A stretch of 64,000 bases of DNA, taken from the human T2T-CHM13v2.0 reference genome, Homo sapiens. Below the pieces are notes generated by a model. The model was not told the origin of the DNA, made no database searches, and saw only the letters and a list, made by a program, of their open reading frames with translations. Made by a program: the position numbers and the translations under genes. Shown one piece after another: positions 26,980 through 39,900 of the stretch. Location: assembly GCF_009914755.1 (NCBI RefSeq), contig NC_060935.1. One strand, written 5' to 3'. Every line of letters starts with the position of its first letter. The first letter of the stretch is position 1.

Positions 26980-28310
26980 CTAACATCCTTTGCAAAAAAT
27001 AACTTCACATGATCACAGACCTAAGTGTAAAATGCAAAACTATGAAACTCCTAGAAGATAAAATAGGAGACAAACTAGATGATTTTGGCTTTGGTGATGA
27101 CTTTTTAATGAAATACCAAAGAAGCAGTACATGAAAGAAACAATTGATAAGCTAGGCTTTGTTAAAATAAAAATTTCTGACCTGCAAAAGACACTGTCAA
27201 AAGAATGAAAAGACAAGCCACAGACTGGGAGAAAATATGTGCAAAAGTCATGTTAGTTTAAAAACTGTTATCCAAAATATAAAAAGAATTCTTAAACTCA
27301 AAAATAACAGCAAAATCAACCCAATTAAAAAATGGCCCAGAGACTCTAACAGATACCTCACCAGAAAATTATCAAAATGTCAAAGAAACAGATGAAAAAA
27401 TGCACCACATCATAGAAATGCAAATGAAAACAGCAATGCAATAAACCTATTAGAATGGCTACAATTCAGAACACTGACAACAACAAATGCTGGCAAGAAT
27501 ATGGAGCAACTGGAACCTCATTCACTCATTGCTGGTGGGAATGCAAAATAGTACAGCCACCTTGGAAAACAGTTCAGTGATTTCTTAAAAACCAGACATA
27601 CTGTTAACATATGGTCCAGCAATCATGCTCTTTTGTATTTTCCTAAAGGAGGTAAAAACTTACGTTCACACAAAACCTGCACATGGCTGTTTATAATAGC
27701 TGTATTCATAGTTGCCAAAACTTAGAAGTAACCAAGATGTCTTTCAGTAGATGAAAGGATAAATACACTGTGGTGTAACCAGACAATGGAACGTTATTCA
27801 GAGCTAAAAATAAATGAATGATAAAGCCATGAAATAACATGAAGGAAAATTTAATGTATATTACCAAGTCAAAGAAGGTTATCTGAAAAAGCTACACAGT
27901 GTATGATTCCAACTATATTGCATTCTGGAAAAGGTAAAACTATGTATTGAGTAAAATGATCATGGTTGCCAGGGATTCGGGGGCAAGAGGGTTGAGTAGG
28001 AAGAGCACACAGGATTTTTAGGGCAGTGAAACTACTCTGTGATGATACTATAATGGTGAATACATTTGTCCAAACTATGGAATGAACAGCACTAAGAGTG
28101 AACCCTAACGTAAACTATGAGCCTGGGTGATAATAATTTGTCAATGTAGGTTAATCAACTGTAACAAATGGACCGCTCTAGCCGGGGATGTAGATATTAG
28201 GGAGGCCATGCATGTGCTGAGGAAGAGCGTGTGTAGGAAATCTTTCGATCTCCTGCTGACTTTTACTGTGAACCTAAAACTGCTCTAAAAAATAAAGTTT
28301 ATTTTAAAAA

Positions 28311-30073
28311 TTAGACCTGATAAACAAGTTCATCAAGGTTGCAGAGCACAGGAACAATACATAAAAATCAATTAAGTTTCTATATAATTGCAATGAACAA
28401 TCCAAAAATAAAGAAAACATCTATTTACAGTATTATTAAAATATTACAGTATTGTAAACAAATTTAACAAAAGGAAGGGAAATACAAACTCTGAAAACCA
28501 TAAAACATTGTTAAAAGATATTAAAGAAGGTCTAAATAGTTGGTAAACCATCCCATGATTATGGACCAGAAGACTTAAAATTGCTAAGATGGCAATACTC
28601 CCCAAAGTGATCTACAGATTCAACACAATCGCCATCAGTACCTCAACTGACTTTATTATACAAACTGACAAGCTGATTCTAAAATCCACATGGAATTGCA
28701 AGAATAGCCAAAACAACTTTGAAAGAGAAAAACAAAGTATGAGTAATCACACTTTCTAATTTTGAAACTTACCACAAAGCAACTTTATACAAGACTGTGT
28801 GGTACTGACAAAACAATGGGCACACAGACCGAAGGAAGAGAATTGATGCTCCTGAAGCAAACCTAAACATCTACCATCAGATAACTTTTGACGAAGCTCC
28901 AAGACCATCCAATGGAGACAAAATTGTCTTTTTAATAAACGGTGCTGGAAAAACTGGAGAACTACATGCCAGAGAATGAAGGTGGAGCATGACTTCATAC
29001 CTATACAAAGATTATATCAAAATGGATCAAAAACTTACATGTAAGGACTAAGACTACCAAACCCTTAGAAGAAAACAGAGGAGTAAAGTTTCAGAAACTT
29101 AAATTTGGCAAAGTATTCCCACATATTACATCAAAAGCATGAGCAAAAACAACAAAATTAGACTTCATTAAAATGAAAAAAAAAAAAAACTTTTATGGTT
29201 CAAAGGACACCACTGAGAAAATAAAAAGAATGCACAGAATGGGAGAAAATGTTTACAATCATATAACTGACAGGGGACCTGTAACCAGAATTTATAGAGA
29301 ACTTTTACAGTTGTATGATAAAGACAACCTAATTAAAAATGGGCAAAGTAACTGAATAGACATTTCTCCAAGGATCATATATAAATGGCCAAAAAGCACA
29401 TGAAAAGATGCTCAACATCATCAGTCATCAGGAAAATGCTAACCAAAACCACAATAAGATACCACTTCAGACTCACTAGGATGATTAGAATTAAAAAGAC
29501 AGAATATGGAGAAACTGCAATCCACACACAGAGCTGCTGGGAAGGTAAAGTGGAGCAGCGACTTTGAAAAATAGTCTTGCAGCTCTTCAAATGATTAAAC
29601 ATACAGTTACCATAAGATCCGGAAATTCCACTCCTAGGTTCATCCCCAAGAAAAATAAAAATACATGTTTACACAAAAAGTTGCACACAAATGTTTATAG
29701 CAGCATTATTCATAGTACCCAAGAGGAAAACAACCCAAATGTTCACCAACTGATGAGTGGTCGCACAAACTGTGATCTATTATTGCAATGGAATTTGTTT
29801 GGCCATACAAGGAGTGAAGTACTGACAGAGGTTACAACAGAGATGAACCCTGAGAACCGTATGCTAAGATGCCAGCCAGTAAAGGCCACATACAGAGATA
29901 GAAGGCAGATTAAAGGTTGCTCAGGGCTGGTGGTGGAGTAGGGAATAGAGGAGCAGTGGGTGATGGCTAAAGGTATGGAGTTTCTGTTTGAGGGTGGTAA
30001 AATGTTCTAAAATAGACTGAAATGATGGTTGCACATATCTGTGAATATACTACAAAACATTGAGTGATACACT
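28311..30073 (+). mobile_element. L1MB-type LINE-1, ORF2 3' half plus 3'UTR
   Basis: Peptide KKHMKRCSTSSVIRKM.TKTTIRYH (ORF2 C-terminal region); 3'UTR gagtttctgtttg..ggtg.taaaatgttctaaaat. Confidence 0.9.
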
Positions 30074-30074
30074 A

Positions 30075-30370
30075 TTTTTTTTTTTTTGAGACAGGGTCTC
30101 ACTCTCCTGCCCAGGCTAGAGTGCAGTGGCATGATCGGAGCTCATCATAGCCTCAACTTCTTGGACTCAAGCGATCCCCCCTCCTCAGCCCCCAACATGG
30201 CTGGGACTACAGGTGCGTGCCACCACACTCAGCCAATTTTTTTGGATTTTAGTAGAGCTGAGGTCTTACTATGTTGCCCAGCTGGTCTCAAACTCCCAAG
30301 CTCAAGTGATCCTCCCAACTCAGCCTTTCAAAGTGCTGGGATTTACAGGCGTGAGCCACCATGCCTGGCC
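30075..30370 (-). mobile_element. Alu (AluJ-like)
   Basis: Poly-T plus antisense Alu (gagacagggtctcactct ... gagccaccatgcctggcc). Confidence 0.96.
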
Positions 30371-31799
30371 AAATTACACACTTTATGGGAAATTGGGGCT
30401 GCCCCACCTAAGTCCCTTTATGGAAACTCTTGGTGCTGGGCCCTCAGGGCCTCTGGCTTTCCCTTTCCCACCTTCACCCCAGCTCCCCATCTTCTTCTGT
30501 TTCCTTTCACTGGCTGCAGTCACCACTCACCTCAGCCTCTGGTGCTCTGTGATTGGTGAAGTCTCTAGTTTCATTTTTCTGTCTACATTGGGCTTCAGTT
30601 TGTTTACATGGGAACTCACAGTGCTGCAGCCATCCCAGTCTAAAGGCCTCCCAGTTGAAACAGCATTTTAACAGGGCAATAAAGAACCACGAGGATCAGC
30701 AATGGGTACAATGAGCCCAACTCCTCCTGAAGGTGCCCTTGCAGGGAGAAAAACTAAGCCCCAAAGGAGGAGGATGGAGGCCAGATCTAGAGCTCTGACC
30801 TCTAGCTCCCCACCCGGCACAGACCTGGACCCCTGACCTGCCCTCTGGCCGCATGGCCACCCACAGTTCCATCCGAGGTCCCCTTTGTCCGTGGCATCTC
30901 CTGACTGCTCAAGTCCCACGCACTGATCTCCTCACATACATCAAGAATGCTCAGAGAGGTGAAGGCCTTGTTGGCTCACACAAGGTGGCCAGTATTTAGG
31001 TTTGTCGGTTTGTTTTTGTGGTTTTGTGGTAACGAGGAGTGGGAAGTGAGCAGGGGGCTGAAGACCAGAGCCCTAGGGGCTAGAAGCTTCATTTGATGGT
31101 TTGGAGGCTCAGCACACTTCAAGAAGGCCACACAAGCTCAGGTGGGCTATGTCTGTCAAGGTAGGCTTCCAAAATCACTCCACAGTTCCATGTGGCTGGG
31201 GCAAACCCAGGTGACCCCTTTCCATGGGGCTCAGACTGGAGCTGCAGATGAAGGCCTGGATGAAAACCAGCAGCCAGCACAATCACATTATAGCATGCAC
31301 ATTGCTACCAAGTTGCCTCCATTTCCCATTTTGCCAATAGTAATGGACTTAAGTCTCCTTTTATTTTTATTTCAAAAATTTCTGTTTTACAAGATTTCAA
31401 CTTCTGGTAATGTGCTCATAAAACACAATTCCAGTGCAAAGTGGCAATGATTAAATTAAAACTTAATGAAGCTTGAAGAGCCGGGGCAGTTCCTACTTGG
31501 GGAAAACAGAATCCCGTATGGTCTTTTTGATCAATCAGCCAGCCCATCACGAAAGCAAGTTTCTTCATCAGCAACTCCCATTGCAAACATTTCCAACTGA
31601 AGAACCAAGTTAATCGGGAGGGGTTTGCATTGGGAGAAAAGGAAGCTAGTGAGCTTAGAACTCATGTCCTCCTTCCTAATACATAACCATCACAAGACCT
31701 CTGCTTAGTGTAGCTGGTACATGCACCCACATGATTTCCATGGTGCTCACAGCAGCCCTTTGGGTTAGAAGCTATATTTGGTCCCCAGGGCGGTACAAT

Positions 31800-31945
31800 G
31801 AGTTGTGGGCACCTGGACAGGCTTGTTCCTGGCTCCACCTGCTCCATGACTAGCTGGGAGACCTTGGCAGGTTCTGGGAATATTCCTCATGAGAAAAGTG
31901 CTGCTATAGGATTAAATGAGAAAATGGATGGAAAACAGCAGTCGT
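31800..31945 (+). mobile_element. MIR fragment
   Basis: tcctggctccacc...actagctgggagaccttggcaggtt...aggattaaatgagaaaatg. Confidence 0.55.
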
Positions 31946-34329
31946 CTCTCAGTACACGGCAGCTGCAGCTGCTGCAATTGTTTTAATCACTACACAGAGC
32001 CCACTGCTGCCTAGGGCATCATCTGCCTTAGCCTGCACAATTGCCTACCAGGGTGGGCTGTTGAACCCAGGTCCTGGGTGAGGCAGGACTGAAGGCCCAT
32101 TGAGAAATCCCCATTCTCAATCATCAGATTAAGAAGAGTCAAAAGCCTGTGTTTCTAACTGCGGCTGGAGCCCTGGAGTCCGAGAGCACTAAAATCAACT
32201 CCAGCAGCAAAGGGCAACTCAAGGAAGATTCTCAGTGGACTTGGTGTTTTCAGGAATAGCCTCAGGTTTCTAGCAGAGCCTTTTGTCCATTTCTTTCTCC
32301 GATCCTACCCTTCTCTCCCTTGCCCTTTTCACCCCCTTTAGAATTTGATATAAAGCTGTTGCTCACTACAGTGGCTCTGCCTGGACCTTTTCAGACCTTT
32401 TGAGGGAAATGGCAATTTCCCTCAGAATGTTTCCCATAGTACAAGTCCTTGGGGGCACACGAGGGGCTGAAGTAGGAACGTCAAGACTCAGGGGCTGGGC
32501 CCAGTGCAGACACACTGGGGGAAAGAGCTTCAAAGCGAAGGTGCCCACCTCCCTCCCAGCCCCGATCCTCTGCTAGGGGCACTGTGGTGGTGGGGAGTGG
32601 GAAGATGCTGTAGCTCAGAAGTGAGGCATGTGAGTCGACTGAAGGGCTGCTAACGACTGCCCTCGTCATCTTTGGCAAAATTTCTTCTCTGGGCCTCAGT
32701 GTCCCCCTCTGGGAAGTGGATGCCCCAGTCAGTGCTGGTGAGGGTCAGAGGAGGTTAAAGTACTGCTTCCTCACACCTTAACTCCTCTGCCCCATGATAT
32801 CACCCCTAGAGTCTGGGTCTTCCCTGGCTGTGGGGAGGAAACCTGAGGTGGGGCCGAAGCAGTGGTGGTGGGAAAAGTGGGTTAGTTGGCTTCTCTGCAA
32901 CTCTGTGTGGAAGCTGCACCCCAGAGGCCTGAATCCCCAGTTACTGAGACAGAGAGGAGGAGAAACTCCTTCAGCCCCTCCTCCTCCAAGCGCGGGAGCT
33001 GGGAGGTTTGTGTCCCTGGAACAGTGGAAGCCAGGGTTATGCCTCCTGCCAGGGGCTTCATGGCCTGAGGTCTTGGAGGTGGCTCACATGCCCCAAACCT
33101 CACCCTCTCTGTCCTCCCTCTTCAGTGGGTCCAATCAGAGCCTGGCACCAAGGTCAGCACCACCCAGGAACTTGCCATGAAGTCCCCACGCCCAACCACC
33201 CGTGTTCACAGTCCCACTGAGCAGGGCCTGCAAAACAGAGAGGGCTTCACGTGGACCAGTGGGGAGCTGCCTGGGCATCAAAGACGTGGGCGGAAGCCAC
33301 GCTCCCTTGGCAGCGACCTCTCAGTTCCCAGCAGCAAACTCTTGTGAAGAGGCTCACGCACACTCAGGCTCCTGAGCCCTTCACAGAGGGGCATGAAGCT
33401 GCAGCTCTCGGGCCTCCAGGGATATGTCCCCAGGCATAAGCGCCCCCTCAGAGCAGAAAGGAGGAGTCAAGCATGGGTCAGGGCTCCTGACACCCACAGG
33501 GGAGGGCCCCAAGCAAGACCAGGAGGCCTTCTCCCTGTGTCACTAGAAATCCTCCAAGACGTACAAACCAGTAATAAACCATCTTTTTTCAAATTATCAC
33601 AGGCCACGCAAGTATGCAATGGTCTAAATATGTCTGTTTAAAAGACAATAATTTGCCACCTCACCAATAAAACTAAAATACTGCCCCGCCACCCACCCCA
33701 CAAAAAAAAATGCCCAACCATCTGAAAGCAGGTTCTCCTTCCTCAGAGCCTTTGCTGATGACCCTGCCTGCTTTGTTGTTTTAAACATGAGATGCCCTCT
33801 TGGGACACGTGTCCCCCTGTGTTTGCTGGAGCATTTTGAGGAAAGATTCTTAAGCTCTCTCCTGTTTTTTCAGAATTCTATACATTTTGCCAATTTTGTC
33901 AGGGGTAACGAGCCCAGGCATGTGGTGATGCCTTTCAGACTTTCCACAAAATCCCAGGAAGCCTATGGAACGCCTCTGTGTGGAGATGCCCAGCCTGCAC
34001 ACCCGGAAGTGGATGCTCGTTTTCATACTTCGAGCTGAGGTTGGCGAATCCACTACGAAATGCTTGATTTTATCGCATGGGCCAAGGCAGTGACCTGAGT
34101 GGCGGCTGCCAGCTGAACAAGGAGCATTTTCTGGCCTACTCTCTAATCCCAGGATGTGAGGAGGACTTTTAACATTAATGTGAACTCATATGGACTTTTC
34201 GACTTAATTTGCTGAATCAATTATATCGGAGTCTCCTTTGAAAGGGTACTTTTCAAGAAATGAGTTAAAGAAAACAATACACAACTCTCAGAGCAATATC
34301 TAGCACACCTCTGTTTGTACTCTAACTTT

Positions 34330-36721
34330 GTTAAATTTTACAGTGTTTGATTGATATAAAGGATGCATATATTCAGTGCATACAGTGTGATGATTTCATC
34401 TGTGTATACATTGTGTAATGATTGTGTAGTGATTACCACAATCACAGTAACTAAAGCATCCATCACCACCCAGCTGTACTTTAGAGCCCCAGGACCCATT
34501 CATCTTACCACTGAAACTTTGAACATTTTGACCAGCTTCTCCCCGTTTCCCCCAAGCCCAGCCCCCGGCAGCCACATTCTCCTCTCTATGACCAGCATCT
34601 CCCCGTTTCCCCCAAGCCCAGCCCCCGGCAGCCACATTCTCCTCTCTATGACCAGCATCTCCCCGTTTCCCCCAAGCCCAGCCCCTGGCAGCCACATTCT
34701 CCTCTCTATGACCAGCATCTCCCCGTTTCCCCCAAGCCCAGCCCCCGGCAGCCATATTCTCCTCTCTATGACCAGCATCTCCCCGTTTCCCCCAAGCCCA
34801 GCCCCCGGCAGCCACATTCTCCTCTCTATGACCAGCATCTCCCCGTTTCCCCCAAGCCCAGCCCCCGGCAGCCACATTCTCCTCTCTATGACCAGCATCT
34901 CCCCGTTTCCCCCAAGCCCAGCCCCCGGCAGCCACGTTCTCCTCTCTATGACCAGCATCTCCCCATTTCCCCCAAGCCCAGCCCCCGGCAGCCACATTCT
35001 CCTCTCTATGACCAGCATCTCCCCGTTTCCCCCAAGCCCAGCCCCCGGCAGCCACATTCTCCTCTCTATGACCAGCATCTCCTCATTTCCCCCAAGCCCA
35101 GCCCCCGGCAGCCACATTCTCCTCTCTATGACCAGCATCTCCCCGTTTCCCCCAAGCCCAGCCCCCGGCAGCCACATTCTCCTCTCTATGACCAGCATCT
35201 CCTCATTTCCCCCAAGCCCAGCCCCCGGCAGCCACATTCTCCTCTCTATGACCAGCATCTCCCCGTTTCCCCCAAGCCCAGCCCCTGGCAGCCACATTCT
35301 CCTCTCTATGACCAGCATCTCCCCGTTTCCCCCAAGCCCAGCCCCTGGCAGCCACATTCTCCTCTCTATGACCAGCATCTCCCCATTTCCCCCAAGCGCA
35401 GCCCCCGGCAGCCACATTCTCCTCTCTATGACCAGCATCTCCCCGTTTCCCCCAAGCCCAGCCCCTGGCAGCCACATTCTCCTCTCTATGACCAGCATCT
35501 CCTCGTTTCCCCCAAGCCCAGCCCCTGGCAGCCACATTCTCCTCTCTATGACCAGCATCTCCCCGTTTCCCCCAAGCCCAGCCCCTGGCAGCCACATTCT
35601 CCTCTCTATGACCAGCATCTCCTCGTTTCCCCCAAGCCCAGCCCCCGGCAGCCACATTCTCCTCTCTATGACCAGCATCTCCCCATTTCCCCCAAGCCCA
35701 GCCCCCGGCAGCCACATTCTCCTCTCTATGACCAGCATCTCCCCGTTTCCCCCAAGCCCAGCCCCTGGCAGCCACATTCTCCTCTCTATGACCAGCATCT
35801 CCCCGTTTCCCCCAAGCCCAGCCCCCGGCAGCCACATTCTCCTCTCTATGACCAGCATCTCCCCGTTTCCCCCAAGCCCAGCCCCCGGCAGCCACATTCT
35901 CCTCTCTATGACCAGCATCTCCCCGTTTCCCCCAAGCCCAGCCCCCGGCAGCCACATTCTCCTCTCTATGACCAGCATCTCCCCGTTTCCCCCAAGCCCA
36001 GCCCCTGGCAGCCACATTCTCCTCTCTATGACCAGCATCTCCTCATTTCCCCCAAGCCCAGCCCCCGGCAGCCACATTCTCCTCTCTATGACCAGCATCT
36101 CCCCGTTTCCCCCAAGCCCAGCCCCCGGCAGCCACATTCTCCTCTCTATGACCAGCATCTCCCCGTTTCCCCCAAGCCCAGCCCCCGGCAGCCACATTCT
36201 CCTCTCTATGACCAGCATCTCCTCATTTCCCCCAAGCCCAGCCCCCGGCAGCCACATTCTCCTCTCTATGACCAGCATCTCCCCGTTTCCCCCAAGCCCA
36301 GCCCCCGGCAGCCACGTTCTCCTCTCTATGACCAGCATCTCCCCATTTCCCCCAAGCCCAGCCCCCGGCAGCCACATTCTCCTCTCTATGACCAGCATCT
36401 CCCCATTTCCCCCAAGCCCAGCCCCTGGCAGCCACATTCTCCTCTCTATGACCAGCATCTCCCCGTTTCCCCCAAGCCCAGCCCCTGGCAGCCACGTTCT
36501 CCTCTCTATGACCAGCATCTCCCCGTTTCCCCCAAGCCCAGCCCCTGGCAGCCACATTCTCCTCTCTGCTTCCATGAGCTGGACTTTTTAGGTTCTACAT
36601 GTAAGTGAGATCATGTGGCATTTGTCTTTCTGTGCCTGCCTTATTTCACTTGGCACAATGTTCTCCAGATTCATCCGTGTTGTCTTAAATGGCAAGATCT
36701 CTCTTATCACTGAGTAATATT

Positions 36722-36758
<37 letters not shown>
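34330..36758 (-). mobile_element. L1MA (about MA8-10) 3' end hosting the 60-bp VNTR
   Basis: Flanks match antisense L1MA 3'UTR: tatacattgtg.aatgatt...gaaactttg..cattttgacca [VNTR] ctctgcttccatgag...gtgagatcatg.ggcatttgtctttctgtgcctg.cttatttcactt. Confidence 0.88.
34529..36567. repeat. 60-bp VNTR/minisatellite, 34 copies
   Basis: Unit tgaccagcatctccccgtttcccccaagcccagcccccggcagccacattctcctctcta recurs at exact 60-bp period; only a few substitution variants. Confidence 0.99.
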
Positions 36759-36760
<2 letters not shown>

Positions 36761-37085
36761 CACAGTGAGATATTTCCTCACACCTGTTAGAATGGCTAGC
36801 ACAAAAAAGAGAAGAGGCAGAAAGTGCCAGTAACGATGTGGAGAAAAGGGAACCCTGCTGGGGAGAATGTGAATTGGTATGGCCATTATGGAAAATAGTA
36901 CAAAGGTACCTCAAAAACCTAAGAATAGAACTAGAACTACCATATGATCCAGAAATACCACTTATGGGTACATATCCAAAGGACTTGAAATCGGTATCAT
37001 TGCAGCCCCATTCACAATAGCCAAGATATGGAAAAAGCCTAAGTGTCCATCAACAATGTGAATGAATGAAGCAGTTGTGTGTGTA
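36759..37085 (+). mobile_element. Inverted 5' segment of the same L1MA (ORF2 C-terminus)
   Basis: Sense L1 ORF2 end (peptide EKREP...LVWPLWKIV.RYLKNL.IELPYDPEIPLMG.YPK) abutting the antisense 3' part at (TG)n. Confidence 0.8.
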
Positions 37086-37434
37086 CTCCACCGTCTCCAC
37101 ACTCTCCAGCCTCTCTGTTCATGGCCCAGCAAGCCACCTTCGAGATACCCTTTTCATCCCCTTCATACCGTCCTCCAAGCTCCCTCCTCTCAGTCCTACA
37201 CCTGTTGGCTAGAAGGACCCCACTGATTCCGAGGAGAGCTCCACAGCACCAGAGCTGAGCAGGCTGATATCAAGGAGACATGATGTCGGGATTCTTGAGT
37301 TGAGCTCCATTTCTCCAAGGACGGAACGAGTGTCATGGCATGGCATTACAGAAGACGGATGTAGATGAGATCACTGACTCTCAGCCTTAGCTGTGCTTCA
37401 GGGTCAGCCGTGGAGATTTACACAATTATATTAT

Positions 37435-37548
37435 TAAGCTCCATCTTGGGAAATTCTGATTCAGAAGGTCAGGGGTGTAATTCAGAGGCCTGTTTAGAAA
37501 ATCCATAGTTGATTTTGCTGCAACCAAGTGTGAAAACCACTGGACTAG
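37435..37548. mobile_element. MER5A-like hAT DNA transposon fragment
   Basis: attctgattcagaaggtcaggggtg...gtgtgaaaaccactgg. Confidence 0.55.
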
Positions 37549-38349
37549 ATCATTGGAAAATTGTATTGAAATTAAAATTGTGTGTCAGTTGAAGGTGGGC
37601 CAACATTTGGAGTGGCCTCATTGAATGGTTTTAAAATCACAGGGCATTTGGCTGTGTTTTTGTTTTTTCCTAGATGCGGGGAAGGTGCTAGCTGACACTG
37701 GAGGCATTTTCTAGTCAGGATTTCCCTTGTATGTATCCCACGGTGCATGTCTGAGGGCAGGATGTGGGCATGCAGATGAAGCATTTGGGCATGCTGATGG
37801 AGCAGCAGGTGAAATGCTTGCTCCAACACGTGCCCCTTCAGCTAAAGTCTCGTGCAGTTGTAGAATCTCAAGGGCACAGGAAATCCTAAAAGTCACTTTG
37901 GGTAGCTCCCTCCCACTTACCGCCTGAGGACTGTCTACAGCATCTTTCTCCATTTGTTTTCCACTTGACATGTTTACTTGCCTGAATTAAACTATGTATT
38001 TGATTTTCAGTGATGTGTGGCCCTCTTATAAACCAAACATAGGCTCTTTAGTAGAATCTGAAACCCTCGACCTTGGCCATGTGATTCAAAATCTTTTACA
38101 TTGGTGGACGATTCCAGCCTTCATCCTTACAGCCTGCTGGCTGCTGTCCCTGCCAGCCCAACACCTTCAGGAAGGATCTTAACCTATGTTTGCCCAATTT
38201 GAGTAAAGCCTGTCCTGCACTTCTCCCAGCACTCTGGTGCAGCAGACAGAGTGAGCCATGCCAGGCTAAGCAGCACTTTTTCTGGTTTAGAGTGAGCACA
38301 GTAGCCAGGGAAATGATTCACAGAGATCCCCTGCACCTGGGGCAGGGCT

Positions 38350-39900
38350 CTGAGGTGTAGAAACTTTCCCTCCTTGGCTCCCAAGCCACTGGGGAATCTG
38401 CCACAGAGCCTGCAGTGTCCACAGGAACATGTCAGGAAAGCTGAACATGAGTTTCCATGTTTCCGCTGCTGATGACGGGACAATCAGCAGGAGGGAGGCA
38501 GATCACCCGTGTGACAGACAGTTCATCTCCCCACTGTGCAGTAACAGCTCGCCCTGCTGCTCAGCCTCAATGGCCTACAGCCGGGCTGCTCTTCTTGCCT
38601 GCTAGTCCCTTAACACAAGGAGTCCAAGAGGATTCTTGTTATGTCCCCTGGGAAAAGCCTGCTCATTTTAGGGACCAGGACTCTTAAACCCATAAATCCC
38701 ACAGCTTCAGAAAGCAGGAGGGTCCCGAATAGGGTCCTGGGAGTGTAAGCATATCTCCTCTGAGTCTACCCTTCATTTCTAACTCACTGTGCTTCCTGGG
38801 GTCACAGTACCACTTAAAGGTACCAGAGGATGATGCCCTGTCCTCTTATATGATAGACGCTGACTCTGAGTTGACACAGTAGTGTGCCCTCAGCAGCCAT
38901 TTCCATTCCATTCCTGTGGTAGCTTCTGGCAGGCATGGTCAGGGGATGTGTGCTGAACTCCACAGTCATACGTCTGCTCCCACACCTCCTTACTGGAAAT
39001 TAACTCTCTTGGTATGAGGATCTGATGCCAGTGAATTTGGCATCCCATACCTACCCAGGCAATGTTGCTCTCTAGTTCCTACAGGCAGGAGAGACCAACC
39101 TGTAGCTAGAATGTGTGTCTGTTCTACCTGAATGAATTGCTGGCCTGTCTAGGATGAAAGGGGTCTAGTGTTGCTACCAGTTGGCCAACTGGTCACACTC
39201 AGTGCTGGTCTTGGCTGTTAGCACTATAGGCATTTGGCAGTAGGACTGGCTGTATCAGCCTTGGTGTGTGGGGTCCCATAGTGCCGAACCCCAAATTGCC
39301 CCCATATCCCTGCTACCATGACGGCTGTTCCAGGTGGCCAGCAGCAGAGGCTGAGTGACATCACGGGGCACAGTCCTGCATCACCTGGTTGCTTATCACC
39401 TGTTCTCAGATGGGCATTCACGTGGGATACGGAGGCTCTCCCACATGTCTGCCCACGTGCCCCTCTCCTGGACTCACGTGCCCCGGGTCATCCAGCCTTT
39501 CTCCCTCCCAGTTCCTGGACAGCTGGCCACATCATTTGCCCCTGCCTTTAAGTTCATGTCTGTTCTGTCCTGAGGCCATTTCTCTTCTGGTACAGAGCGG
39601 AGGACCAGGTGCACTGCCTGAAGCTCTCTCTTTGGGAAGGTTTTTGGCCACCACCCTCCTTCAAGGCCACCCCTGAGTGGCTGTCATGCAGTTGCAGCTG
39701 AGGCAGTCCCCAGAGGGCCGGGAACTGAAGCCTGCCAGCCGCATCCTCCCAGGAGGGAGGATGGTCAGGCAGCCTCTTTACTGGCTGCCAAAGTGTGCCC
39801 AGGCCTTCCTTGCCCCGGGTTAACCCAGTCATGAAAGGCATGCAGGTGGCGAGCAATGGAAATGAAGTCCGGTGTCCCAGTGCTGCAGGGCTGAGGGGCC
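38350..39900 (-). mobile_element. Decayed ERV-L internal pol region (RNase H, integrase, dUTPase-like); may extend into RT to about 40700
   Basis: Minus-strand peptides in ERV-L order: HSGVALKEGGGQKPSQ (~TSLKDSGEGKSSQW), VSHVNAH, HYGTPHTKADTASPTAKC (~HGLPLTKADLATATAEC), YGMPNSLASD (~HGIPHSIASD), EWNG, LRVLVPK...PGDITRI (~LEVLVPE...PGDTTTI); many stops and frameshifts. Confidence 0.85.

Larger units (their letters stand above)
24340..28310 (+). mobile_element. L1MC1/2-type LINE-1, ORF2 plus 3'UTR, degraded, with nested Alu
   Basis: ORF-track peptides [28 protein letters not shown] and LEVLANAIRQ.KEIK...KYLGINLTK are L1 ORF2 RT; ends gtgaacctaaaactgctctaaaaaataaag. Confidence 0.93.

Noticed and set aside
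34363-36591. MUC1 or other mucin gene (60-bp unit, 20-aa repeat containing PAPGS)
   Set aside because: The rest of the unit differs from the MUC1 repeat, there is no signal peptide or SEA domain, and the unit and both flanks match L1MA 3'UTR.
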